From Asterias rubens (taxonomy: Eukaryota), in assembly GCF_902459465.1 (NCBI RefSeq), contig NC_047062.1, positions 8,742,001 to 8,806,000 of the forward strand: a stretch of 64,000 nucleotides of DNA. Reading direction: 5' to 3'. The position numbers were made by a program, and so were the translations under genes. The notes beneath the pieces were generated by a model, which did not search any database, had not been told where the DNA came from, and saw only the letters and a list, made by a program, of their open reading frames with translations. The first letter of the stretch is position 1. Each line of letters begins with the position of its first letter. Positions 1-13,600 of the stretch are shown one piece after another.

Positions 1-211
1 GTTTTAGTCGCCTCAATACAATTGGGTCTCTCATTTTCATTGCCAGAATGACATCATAAAAATTACACCATTTCCTATCTTTAAATTGGTTAGGTTTTCT
101 TTGTTATGTTGACATGGCCATGTCCCTTCCTTTACTCTAAACCACTTGATGTCTTTTGGTGTTACCAATTTATTTTCCGCTGACCAGGGCCAAATTCATT
201 GAGCTGCTTAA

Positions 212-503
212 GGGCAGTGGACACTTTTGGTTATTACTCAAAATAATGCTAGCATCAAAACTTACTTGGTAACGAGCAATGGAGAGCTGTTGATAGTATA
301 AAACATTTTGAGAAATGGCTCCCTCTGAAGGAACGTAGTTTTTGAGAAAGATGTAATTTCTCAGTAAAATATTTGAATTGATTTTGAGACCTCACGTGTG
401 AGGTCTCTAAATCAAACATCTGAAAGCACACAACTTCAAGTGACAAGGGTGTTTTTTCTTCAGTTATTATCTCTTTGACAATTACCAAAGGTGTCAAGTG
501 TCT
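212..503 (+). mobile_element. TTAA-target (Kolobok/T2-like) MITE, family A, internally deleted
   Basis: TTAA at 208-211 and 504-507; TIR (A/G)GGCAGTGGACAC...GTGTC(A/C)AGTGTCT; internal sequence shared with the 508-880 copy. Confidence 0.75.
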
Positions 504-507
504 TTAA

Positions 508-880
508 AGGCAGTAGACTCTATTGGCAATTACTCAAAATAGTTGTCAGAATAAAACCTTTCTTGGTAACAAGTAATGGGGAGAGGTTGATAGTATGAAA
601 CATTGTGAGAAACGGCTCCCTCTGAAGTGACGTAGTTTTCGAGAAATAGGTAATTTTCCACGAATTTGATTTTGAGACCTCAAGTTTAGAACTTGAGGTC
701 TCAAAATCAAGCATCTGAAAGCACACAACTTTAAAGGGTGTTTTTTCTTTCATTATTATCTCGCAACTTCGACGACCAATTGAGTTCAAATGTTCACAGG
801 TTTGTTATTTTTATGCATATGTTGAGATACACCAAGTGAGAAGACTGGTATTTGACAATTACCAATAGTGTCCAGTGTCT
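508..880 (+). mobile_element. TTAA-target (Kolobok/T2-like) MITE, family A
   Basis: TTAA at 504-507 and 881-884; TIRs of about 27 bp; near-identical to the copies at 50553-50925 and 61672-62064. Confidence 0.8.
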
Positions 881-1644
881 TTAAGCACAAAAAGTAGCTT
901 AGCACAACACAATTGTGCTTACCAGAATAAGGGTAACCAGCAACACTATCAAGTCACATGTACAATTTATGAGTGATATCCTGCTAAGTTCTGCTGAGCA
1001 AAAAGTTGTTAAGCAATATTTTCTGCTTTAAAGCAGCTCTATGCAATTGGGCCATGGGCTCAAAGAACAAAGAACCAAGATTGATCTTAAAAGTGCAAAC
1101 CTATCTTAACTGCTTAGCAAATTGTGATGTCACATTACAAATCACAAGGGTAATTATTGATTACTCATTTTAACATTAATCTTAGTGCTTTATGATATTG
1201 AGCCGTTGACTTGTTAAAGCTTAACTCTTCAGACTTGAAGATTTTCCCAGTCTGATGTGTCAAACACGTCAATTATTTGCTGCGGACAGATGAGCGCACC
1301 TAGTTTTTCTTTTTGGCAGAGTATTTGTTGTCAAGTTTCCATGTGGTTTCCTGGGACACTTCCCCATGCCAATGTTGCCAGCTAATTACCTTGTATAAAG
1401 TATGTCTTCCTTTCAAGCAGTTTGGTGAATGTTCAATGCTTTTGTTAGTTTTTTGCAGTTTTTTACCACTCATTAGATGTCTTATTGTTCATCCTATCCC
1501 AATCATGTTTCTGACTACTTGTTTCAATTTAGTGAACCTTGTCTTTCCTGTGGACTGGAACATCTTCTGCTTGTTTTCTTCATCAACTTTGGCCATCCTG
1601 TCTACTTTTATTTTGATCCCAATGTAGACTTCCTCAATTCCTGT

Positions 1645-4600
1645 CTATTTTTTCAAGGCGGATAAACTACTCTTAATGACTCGTTTGATTCTGTCGCTCT
1701 TGCTTGGGGATCCCATCTGGGGTTCGGCAACCGTCCCAATAGATGGAGGTATTCCATTGGACTGAGCAGTCTGGCAACGTGCCGCACTGTCCATACAGCA
1801 GACCCAATACAACATCTCACGATCGTCCCTCGCTTGAAAGATATACTGCTGACCACTCGATAACCTACAGGGAATTCAACAACAATAAAAGCTTTGAGGT
1901 GCAAAAAAACAAGATAGGCAGATATAAGTTTAAGAGGTTGTCACTTCCTTCGTAAAATGCTTTTCTGACGGCCTCTCATGGGCCCTCTTGGGTTCTTCTT
2001 TTCTACTGCATTGTCAATCCTTTAACAATTCGGCACTGTGTGAGTTCAGTTTATTAATTCAGTTGAGGTTTTTCTTACTGTACTCTGAAGACGTGTTTCT
2101 TTTGTTTGTAATCCAACGCTACAGTGACGTAGGCGTCCATCAGATCCACCGGTTGTTCGTTATGAAGAGTCTTGCCTCGTATTTTATGATCTCTGGTCTC
2201 ATAAAACCACAGGAGCGTTCCGTGCTGTACAATGTACACGTAATGCCAAGATCTGAATTGAGAGGAGCAGGACACATTTTTTCACATTATTTTGACAGTA
2301 ATTTGTTCACTTGAGTCAAGTCTAAGAGTATGCAGAAAAAGTTTAAGAGGAATGGATTTGAAAATCTTTATAATTTTGCCTAAACACCAGCATTAGGTTG
2401 ATATGAATTAAGTTGAATTGTTAAACTCTTACAAGAAAAGAAAGTAAACAAAGGCATAAACAACAGTGAAAGTTGAACTCTATAGAGATGAAACACAAGC
2501 TCTTTTGTTTTGGTTAACAATGAGACTTTCCAAGGATTAGTGAGTCAATACCTGAGGAGGAATGATTAAATAAAGGTCCTAGCTATTTGCCCATCCTTCA
2601 GATATGAAATTAAGCCAAAGAACATGTGTACTAGGATTGGCTACTAAAGAAGCTGAAACTTACACAGGTTAATTATACTACAAACGTGTTAATTTTAAAG
2701 TGAGTAGGGATTCATGTCATGGCCAAAAACTTGATCTACAAAAGGTATCCAAACCCTTTAAGCACCTGTTTCTTGATCGCATGGCGTAGTTCTCCTGTTC
2801 ATGTTTTCTTAGCAGCAGTCCTTCAGCCTCCACTCCATACTTGACCGCTCTCTCTCCCCCGCCTCCTTCTTGAAGGTCCGCCTCGCAGCATTCCTCTTCT
2901 ACATCCAACCCCCCTTCATCATCAGCATCTAGACCCTCTGAGTTTAAACTTTCGCACACTGTACTCTGATACTGACTACTGGCATCTGAACTAGAATCTC
3001 CATCACACATTTGCTTGTCACTCTGCTGACTTTCCACGAAGCTGTTGGAACTTTCGCTATTATGCAAATCATCAGCGGTGTAGGAATAGCAAGGAGATGG
3101 TTGGTTGGACGTTTTCGGTGGGTGTGGCCTGTGGGTCAAGAGTTGAGTTCTTTGTTCAATGACTGAATGGTGATCAATGTTCCTCTGTGCTCTTGTTGGG
3201 GTGGTGTAGGACGAGAAGGAATGATCCGTTCTGGGCGTGTGTGAGGGGCAGCTACCTGGTCTGGGTGATGGGGAGGTGTAAGCAATTGTCTTAATTGCTT
3301 CTAAGATGGTGTTTTTAGTCTGTAAATAAAATAAAAATTCATGAAATCATTATTTCGGACACATTATTCCTGATGCCTGCTGAATTCGGCAACAATAATT
3401 TCTTTAACAATAATACTCACTTCTTACATAATAACGCTTTATCACAAAGTGCTACAATGTTTGCGGGGCTATTTTTTGGAATAGTGCTGTGGTGCAATCT
3501 GCAGCCAACCATACCAGAAAACACCGAGGGCCAACCCATTCTCTTAAAGCCATTGGACACTTTCAGTCAAAAATTTTTGTTTAAAGTTCACAGATTTACA
3601 AATAATTTTCAGGGTTTACAGAAGGTAATGGTGAAAGACTTTTCTTGAAATATTATTCCATGAAATGCTTTACTTTTTGAGAAAAACATTAAAACAATTA
3701 TCAATTCTCGATGTCGAGAATTACGGATTTATTGTAAACACATGTCATGACATGGCGAAACGTGGGGAAACCATGCAGGGTGGGTTTTCCCGTTATTATC
3801 TCCCGACTCCGATGACCGATTGAGCCTAAATTTTTAAAGGTTTGTTATTTTATATATAAGTTGATATACGAGGTGTGGGCCTTGGACAATATTGTTAACC
3901 GAAAGTGTCCAATGGCTTTAACAATAAGTGTAGTGGGCTCTTTTATGTGCAATACACAACACACAGAACCTAATAAGCAATAAGAGTGCACTTAAAAGTG
4001 ACTTGCTTAAGGACACAAGTGTTAAGACTTTGGTGATCAGAAACACCAGAGCTTGAGTCTGGGGCCTTAACCGCTGGAGATTAACGGGAAGGTACACGTT
4101 TGGTAATTACCCACAATAAATATTAACTTAAAAACTGACTTGGTAACGAGCAATGGAGAGCTGTTGATAGTATAAAACATTGTGAGAAACGGCTCCCTCT
4201 GAAGTAACATAGTTTTTGAGAAAGAGGTAATTTTTCGCTAAAATAAGAAAATTAGAAGTCTTTTACTCCTATCTAAAAGCACACATTATCATCCAACAGG
4301 GTGTTTTTCTTTCATCATTTTCTCGCAACTTCGATGACCAATTGAGCCCAAATTTTCACAGGCTTGTTAGTGTATGCTTATGATGGGATACACCAAGTGA
4401 GAAGACTGGTCTTTGACAATGACCAAATGTGTACAGTGCCTTGAAAACACGGGTCTCTTTTTAAAGACATGAAGACAGGAGTGAACTTCCAATTTTCCAA
4501 AGCAAATTTGAAACCCATTGTAAAAAGCAATCTTAAAGAAAATTGTGTTTCCTCTTAACTGAATGACCACAAATTATGTCAAGGAAAAGAAGTTGAGAAA

Positions 4601-7600
4601 GGTTACACAGTAATTACGTTATAATGCAACACATGCAAATGAATGAATGATTGATAAGTTCCGTAAAATAAAGACTTTTACAAACCTCAAGATCAGTTTC
4701 CTTCTGTGAGACTTCACCCTGGAGGATATACAAAATAAACTTATTTCATTACATCTAGAAGTTTAAGCGCCAATAACAGGATGAATATGAGAAGTTTTTA
4801 AAAAAGTAAAAAGGAAATCCTTAGGGACAGAAAACCTGATCAACATGGCTGTGGTAAGAGGCTTATATCAAAAAGGGGTCCACGGAGGTGAAAGAAACTA
4901 CTCAGCCCAATTTCATAGAGCTGCTTAAGCAGCAACGTTGCTTTACACTTCTGCTAAGCAAAACTGAGCATGAATACCAGTCACAGAAGGTACTTGCGGA
5001 ATGTTGTTTTAGCTGGTAACCTTATTTTGGTAGCCTTAATTTTGCTGTGCTTAGCTAGACAAAATTGCTAAGCAGGTCTATAAAATTGAGCATTGGTTGA
5101 AAATAAAGGTAAACTGTGTTGAGTTTTTTTAAACCAACAACATCAGTTTAGAGCAGGCAGGACTTATAATTAGACCCAGAAAGACCTAGCCGTCAGCTCA
5201 GAGCAGCAAGGACTTAAGACCTAGTAGTAGTAGAAAGACCCAGCGGCTCAAAGCAGAAAGGACTTATACCCCATTGTGTGTATGCCTTAAAAGTCCTTTC
5301 TGCTTTGAGCTGACTGGGTCTTACAATCTCTGCTATATGAGCTGGCTGCAATCTACAATCTTGGTCATATCTCATTTCCCCCTCCCCCAGGCCACTGGTC
5401 AATGTTGTCTCTCACTGTACTGTCTGCGCTTCAGCTGGGATTAACAGAATTGAGTTGGGGGGGGGGGGGAGGTAGTAAGAGGGGGGAGGGGGTTGGGAAA
5501 GGTATTACAAGTGTCCTCAGCACTTTTGTCGGGATTGTAGATCATATAACCTCTTTCTACTCTGAGACGAGCATTTCTAAAGCTGCTTATGCACAAAAAT
5601 AAGTATCTTTGCTTATACCAGAAATAGCTTACCAGCCAAAACACTATGTCTTAGGTACTTTTACAATTCAGGTTCACTGCCTTTATTTTGTTTGCTTAGC
5701 AAAAAATTCTTTAGAGTTTACTGCTTAAGCAGCTCTATGTAACTGGACCAAGTCAAACTTGGGTCTAGTTTCTAGACTGCATGCCCATTGAGACAATAAT
5801 GAGACTATAGATCAAGGCATAGAGTTATATATAAGAACTAGAGGGCGCACGAGTGATGCTTCGTGCACAAACGCCACGGGACCGCAAGATGACAAGTGCG
5901 TCATTCTGCACGCGCGTTGAATATGAAATACACGTTTGAGGGTTTTTTTATTGAACGCTCTTGCGATGCTGTTTGTTCAACTTACAAAATGGCCGCACAA
6001 ACACATGCTGTGAGATGCAAGTTTTGTCAACTTAGAAAATGGCCGCCTGCGCGCATGCTGGAGCGCGTATATAGGCCAGTGCGCCCTCTAGTTCTTATAT
6101 ATAACTCTATGGATCAAGGAGACCAATTATTTACCCGTTTGTCGTCTAGTGAGTCATTCAGAAGAAGAATCCTTCGATTTAACTGTCTGCATTTATGATT
6201 GCTGAGACTCAGTTCTTCAGTTAACTCGGCCAGTTCATGCTCATACTCTGCAGACTGCTCTTCTAGTTTGGCACATTTCTTCATCGAGGAGGTCTATAAG
6301 TTCATAAAGATCGAACTCATAAGTTGCTAGTTTGTGATATCTGCAAACATTGCAATTTTTTTTAGACCAGTCAAAAAAAGCCCAGGTTGGACTCCTCAAT
6401 TGCATACAATGGAGACTGCCCTCCTCAGAGCATTATTGCTGTCACCAGTTTTTTTCTTCATTTCTTTCAGTTTTATTTTTTCAAAGTTTACCAAGTTTGT
6501 CAGACAAGTGTCAACAATTTGTACTTTTTTTTAAAACAAGCATTAAAAAACATCCTCATGTAATTTTGGTAACAGAAACCAATGAAATGTTTCCTTGAAA
6601 AAAACATGTATTTATCTGTTTTTCTACTGGCTGTAAATCACTTATTTTGGTTAACCTTGCATTCTTGTTCTGTGTCTAACTCGAGCATCGTCTTCTCCAG
6701 AAGTTTTTGAGATTGCACCAGTTGCTCCTCTCTTGACTTCACTCTGTTGTTCGCTCGTCGTAAATTATCTTTCAGTGACACTGCACCAAGAAAGCACATC
6801 AATAGTTACTTGAAACACTCTCGAAAAACAGACTAAAATTGTAAAATAAACCCATCCAGAAAATCATACTCAATTCCTCTTAACTGCTTAGCAGAATGCG
6901 ATTTCTTAAAACATTTCACTTAAATAACCAACCTAATGCCATGCGCCTGATTTCTGGCAACACTTTTAATGCGGTATCATACTTTTAATTCATTCCAAAA
7001 AGATGATGCAAGCTTTGTGCAGCAGCTCTTTATAATCAGTGATGTAATTTACAACCTTGTCGCAACGAGTGATAAGACACACACCGATAATCAACACCGT
7101 TGCCGCAATCAGTGCTTTCATTTCACCAACAAAAAAATAGACTTATTTAGAATTCATGAATTTAGATGTAATACTAAGCTGACTTAATACCCTGCTCTGC
7201 CTCTAGCTTAGTGCTTCGGTGGATGAACTCTGAGAGCTGATGAGTTATCTTCATCACCTGGTAATCTCTCTCTTTGCACTCCTGTTGTAAATCACTGATC
7301 TGAGAATTAAAAACGGGGAAAAAAAACTGCGATAACAATCGTGTCAGGGGATAACATGACTAAATGAATGAATAAATTAATCACAGGTTGTGGTGGTTAG
7401 TATTGTCAGAGTATTGTTTTTATGTAGATTTTAAATTGAATTTGAATTGTGTTGGCCTAATGAGGTCATACACTTTTAACTTTTTCTCCAGTCTTTCATA
7501 AGGACTCTAGCTCTTGAAAAATTAGTACAAAACAAATCTGAATCTAAAATATAAAAATATTCTAACATTGAAGCAGCTTTCGGTTTTAAGACATTACACT

Positions 7601-10600
7601 TATTAAAAAACAGGATTGGTAGAGCTGACAAAATAGTTGCAGGTAGAATAAAACCTCATTATTTATGAACATGAAATAACAAACCTGTAAAAATTTGGGT
7701 TTGAAAAGCCATGCACAAGTTTCAGCATGTAAATATGCATTGTCCTATTTTAGAGGGAAATATTTCACAGAGAAAATGATTCATGTATGAACTTCATCAT
7801 CATTAAAGCCATTGGACACTTTCGGTAAACAGTATTGTCCAAAGGCCCACACTTCGTGTATCACAACTTATATATAAAATAACAAACCTGTGAAAATTTA
7901 TGCTCAATCGGTCGTCGGAGTCGGGAGAAAATAACAGGAAAACCCACCCTTGTTTCCGCACGTTTCGCCGTGTCACGACATGTGTTTAAAATAAATCCGT
8001 AATTCTCGACATCGAGAATTTATAATTTATTCTCAAAAAGTAAAGCATTTCATGGAATAATATTTCAAGAGAAGTCTTTTACCATTACCTTCTGTAAACC
8101 CTGTAAGATATTTGTAAATCTGTGAACTTTTTTTTTCTGTTCCGAACAGGTATAATGGCTTTAAGCTTTAAGCTCAAAATTATAAACAATGATATTTCAT
8201 CCTGACCAATCCTGTTTATTACCTTAACCTTTAAAAACCTCAATTTGAATGACAACAACAAATGATTTAACATGACAGTAGTCTCATTATTAATTGAAAC
8301 ACATGTGTGAATTAATCAGAATTCAGTGGTGTGTTATTTTTACATCAAATTATCAAAAGAAAGAAAAAATTCCCACTCTTTTATTAGGTTACATTATGAC
8401 CCTGACGAAAATGATCCACTGCTTGCCCTGAAGTAAACTACGTCGGCCATGTTGAATCTAGTATTAAAAAAATAAGAAGTAGTTCATGGTACTGTATGGA
8501 ATTGATGCAAACGACTTGATTGCATTTCACACGCGGCTGATTAGGAGTGATTTAAATTCAGTAATACCGAGTTTGTATGGCCAGGGGAAACAAGTAAATT
8601 CTTAGGTGTCCTGTAATATCAAATTGCAGAGGGATAGGAGGCATGTTTGGATGTAGATTTGTTCTCTTCTTGTTAAATAGTTTAAAGGCACTTTAAACTC
8701 TCCGCATCTGCCCTACTGCAGCTGCCGACCACAAAAAACAACAATTTACTTAACTGAGTTTTTAATTAAAAATGTTTATACTATGAAACATCTATCCGCC
8801 AACATACAGAACAAATTTTACTTATAAATCTAATATGCTCAGCCTGTGTAGCTGTGTGAATACTTGACCTAATCATGTTTCTTTACAATCCGTTGGGGTC
8901 AAAATACAGTAAAAGGCTGCTATCGTTCAGAATGAAAAGAATTTGTTTTTCTTCAATTTTTTGGTTTTATTTGAAAGACTGATACCTTCATGTCCCTCAC
9001 AAATCACAATGAAAAAAAAATAACTTTAGGAAGATGTAAACAAATATTTGTGATTAGTGTAAACAGCGCTTTTAATTTCTGAAACTTACCCAAATGTATG
9101 TAATTTTTTTTTCATATTTATGATTGATTGTTTTTTTGTTTCCATGAATGTGTGTTGTTGATTTTCTTTGCTTTATTTGTCTGAGTTTGTAGGAGCCCAC
9201 CTAGTTTTTGTTTTTTGTTTTTTTGTGTTCTTGACAATGTCAAAAGGCATGGTTTCGGATGTCTTAATTTATCTTCTAATGTCACTGGACTCATATCCAG
9301 CAAAGAAGATGTCTCAGATCGCCTCTTACTGTTTGGCCAGTGTCCTGTTCCCCCTCTCCTTCAATAAACCTGTGCTTCAGGTCTAAAACATCACAACGTG
9401 CTTGTCACTTTCTTTTTGTCCGCCCGTTACTCCTTGGTGCAAATTGGAGCAGGGGTAATTGACAGTGAAAGGTATTCATATACGTGTGTAATGGGCAATC
9501 TCAACACCTCATCTTGAGTTAGTTCTTCTTTAAATTTCTGTCTAAAGTGAAGACCGGAAAGAAGGCAATGTGCCTGTGGCATTAATATCCTTGAAAGGTC
9601 AATGAAAATAAGGTCTTATTTTTCTTTGCTTACAAACGCATGAAATATACATACATTTTTAACAGGCCATTTTTAAATTTGATTTTTTTTAAAGTTTTTT
9701 CTAACCTCAGCAACAATTTTGTAAAATAGATTAATTACTGGTTTTAAGGTGTATGTGATATATTTTGTAACTTTTTGTGTATACCGAATCCAACCCCAAA
9801 GTTTTGTTGCCAATAAAATAATCCTCATCCTTTTAAAAAAACTCTTCATAAAAGTTGTTTTTTATTTTATATATTAATGGAAGTATTTATACATTTATAC
9901 CACAAACCTCCAACAGCGTAGCACCCAAAAACTGGATGAATGAACAAAATAAGAAGATTGTTTACTTTTTGATGAGGGAGGATAACTCCAACTTGGGAAG
10001 CACACATAATCAAGTAGGGACAGATAACCTAATCCACGCAAGATTCCAGTCGAAATCGACTGGGGTCTGCACAGGTGAAAGGCAGTGCAAAAAAACAAAC
10101 ACCAGGTCTATACAGGATCCCCAAAATAGACATTTTCAAACAAGTTGCTGGTGCCATGGCCATGTTTCAAACAAGGTACATTATGTTTATAACAGTTTTC
10201 TCACAATGATATTGTGAATTCAAATAACAATTATTTTTACTGCATGTGCTTAACTGCCCCATGATTTTTTGCAATATCTCAAAATTGCTACAACCTATTG
10301 AAATAAATCTTCACAGGTTGTTTTTATTCTATATATCTATACAGGGTTTAAAGCCATTGGACACTTTCTAAACAGAACAGAAATTAAAAGTTCACATATT
10401 TACAAATAACTTACAGGGTTCACAGAAGGTACTAATGGTGAAAGACTTCCCTTGAAATATTATTCCATGAAATGCTTTACTTTTTGAGAAAACATTTAAA
10501 CAAGTATCAATTCTCGATATTGAGAATAACGGATTTATTTTAAACACATGTCATGACACGGTGAAACGTGCGGAAACAAGGGTGGGTTTTACCTTTATTT

Positions 10601-13600
10601 TCTCCCGATGACCGATTGAGCCTAAATTTTCACAGGTCGGTTATTTTATATATAAGTTGTGATACACAAAGTGTGGGCCTTTGGACAATACTGTTTACCG
10701 ATGATGTGCAATGGCTTTAAACAATCGAATGGTTCCAAAAACCAAAGTTCCCTTTGATATGAGTTGTTAATATCCCCATAGTGATATGTATTGTGAAGTC
10801 ACACTTGCTTAGCAATTAAGATTGATTCAGTGCTTCAAAGATCAATCTTAGCTCAGCGGCCCCTGGCAATAAATAATGCAAGCATTTTTCTGAAACATAA
10901 GACGTAATCTAATGGTAATCATTTCTTGGTTGAAATGTGTCAAGTACGAGGCCAAGACGATGACCTTGTCCAATCATTATGCTCTGAAGTGGTGATCATA
11001 ATTGCAGTTATTTCATAGGGGAGAAGCAGTGACAATCAAATAAGGTACATATTTTAAGGTGCACTATTTGTTCTACGGGGTATTTTCTGCCAATAGACAT
11101 CAATTTCTGCGCCTTGAACACCCAGCAGGCTGGATATGTGCACTTTACAAGTCTTATTATTATATTATTATTATTAATTTTGGAGTGCACAGGCACATAA
11201 TACCCCCCCCCCTAGCTACATCATTTATTCTTCTTCCGACATGTCTTATTCTCATTACAGTAACATCATGTTTTACACTTTATCTTGATAATTTTTAATA
11301 ATAACTATAAGGTATCAGTTCCCCCCCCCACCAAATTCCCAAAGCACCATCTCAATTACATTGTTTGAGAACAGTTATTATTGCTGTGACAGTTACGAAG
11401 GGGGTAGGGTCACACAACGAAAACTGCATTTAGGGCCATTTGTACAAACCTTTTTTATATATTTATATCTAGGGGCCAATTTCACAAAGAATATAGGCAA
11501 GGACTAGTCCTAGGAGATATTGAAACTTAAGATAAGTCCTAAGTTAGGGTGAGCTCAAGATAAGAGTAGTCCTAATTCTTGGTGAAATCAACCCCGGGGG
11601 GATTGGTAATGTTGTAACTGGCAGACTGACTTTTGATCATTTCTAAAACATCTTCTTATAACCTGTGACCCCAACCTCCCCATCCCATCATATTCTTAGA
11701 ATAAGAAAGCTGGTTATACCTTATTTTCAAGAGTCTTTACTTTGTCTTGATATTCCTCAGCTATCCTTGCCTCCTTGTATTGACTCGCTGCACTTGAAAC
11801 TGGGCCAAAAAGAAGAGAAAAAAAGTAAAACGTCACATCCTTGAATGCAATAACGAACATTCAGATAATTTGCAAAGTCTGTTCAAATCACAATCTATTT
11901 CATGAAATGAAATTAGAGCAACAGCAATGCTTTCTGCAGAAGAATGAATGAATTGTTCATGACATAAATCAAGTGTCTATTTTTAAAACTACCAAAACAT
12001 TTTTAGCTCTTGATGGAATTTCATAACTGAATAACCTAGTTGTCACATAATGTTTCCAAATAGCAGAAGATAGGTTACACTATTTTTAGAGTGCTACATA
12101 AATCATGTAAGGAGTTACTCTTCAAGATAATGACTATAAAGGCTTTTCACAACTTTTGGTAAGAAGCACTGGGATCATTGAAGTAGTGTAGTTATTGAGA
12201 AAGAGGTAAGTTTCACACCCAAAACATCAGCTAAAAGCACACAAATTTGTGCAACTATATAGGGTGTTTTTTCTTTCATAATTCTCTTGCAACTTCAATG
12301 ACCAATTGAGACCAATTTTTTAAAGGTTTATGTTTTGCAGATGTTGGGATACACAAAGTGAGCTTAGGGCCTAATGGTCCTTGACAATTATCATAATGTA
12401 CCCTGCCTTTAGTTGAACCAAAAACTAATGACATACAATATTACTTGGCGAGAAGATGGTAAATAGTAAAAACAATTTTGAGAAAGTTTCTTCCCAGAAA
12501 TTCATTTTGGATAATACTTCACCCCAAAACTTTTGAATCTGAAAAAAAAAGCGATTTATGAATGAATAATTCCTCAGATTTCTGAGGGCTGGTGTCCATT
12601 CACGAATTTTGTGGCCAGAGATGCGATTGGTACTTGTTGTCACCTCGCTATACGTGGATGGATTCGGCGTTCTTTATGAGAATTCTGTGACAGTTTTTTG
12701 CTGTTTTGTCAACAAGCAGACAACTGTATTCAGATGAAACTTTTACACATGTGATTGGATTGTATCTTCCTTGACAATTTAGCCTTTAAATCATCATGAA
12801 AGTTGAAAAACAAAACAATCTATGACCCTACCTTTAAACACTGATCTCTTTAAAACATTTCAGACAGACTAGAATTACACTCAAGGACCAGTAAATAGTT
12901 TTTTCAGAACAACGCCCAGGCCTGAATATTGAATGTAAATGATTTAAAAAGATACACCCAGATACCATTCCTTGGCATGTCACCAGGCCAACAGATGAGG
13001 AATGAAGTTTTTCCACAGACCTCTCCTCTCATTCGTCAATCTATTTACCATAGACTTTTAAGAAAAATTAAAGTCAATTCCAGCAATGGTAAAGACATAG
13101 GCCCCTACCCTAGAATTATCAACGATGCGTTTACATAAGAAACATCACTTCATGCTAAGTTTGGTAGCTACTTATTTTATCGAGTTAGATATTCACCCTG
13201 TGAACTCTTAAGCCCTTTTTACACAGGAGCAATTATTTAGCAAGAGTCCACTGCTAAATTTTAGCAGGGTTGTAAATATATTACAAAATGTACCTCTTGT
13301 GAAAAGACAACTTTTTTTTTTGTAGCGACCGAGGTCCCTCGTAAAAAATATTGTTCAACATGAGCCTTTTTGAGATAATGTTGGACACTGTTTAAGCCCT
13401 TTCACACCACAGCAATTTAACAGGGGTCCCTTGCTAGGTTTTAGCATGGTTGTGAACTTTTATCAAATTCACATCGTATGAAAGGACAATGATGTTTTTA
13501 CTCTCCATGAGAGGACGACAAATTTAAGATTTCACAAGGGACCTTGGACAGTCCAATTTAAGATTTCACAAGGGACCTTGGACAGTCTACACGTTTGTTT

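Larger units (their letters stand above)
187..1053. mobile_element. Harbinger/PIF-like MITE, family B (TIR GGGCCCAATTTCATAGAGCTGCT), interrupted by two family A MITEs
   Basis: Left TIR 187-207 continues after the inserts at 885 (gcacaaaaagtagcttagc); right TIR agcagctctatgcaattgggcc ends at 1053. Superfamily is inferred. Confidence 0.7.

Noticed and set aside
255-789. ORFs of 60-110 aa in the TTAA MITEs (also 40118-40321, 61698-61883, 24291-24669)
   Set aside because: Recurrent chance ORFs of a non-coding repeat; no transposase motifs.
5455-5500. Poly-G runs with G-quadruplex potential (also about 46325-46345 and 54580-54600)
   Set aside because: Homopolymer tracts recur throughout the window with no positional pattern.
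9118-9600. Coding-looking minus-strand stretches in the PH-gene intron (possible cassette or alternative first exon)
   Set aside because: No acceptor/donor pair gives an open phase-0 cassette, and the one candidate first exon has a weak donor.
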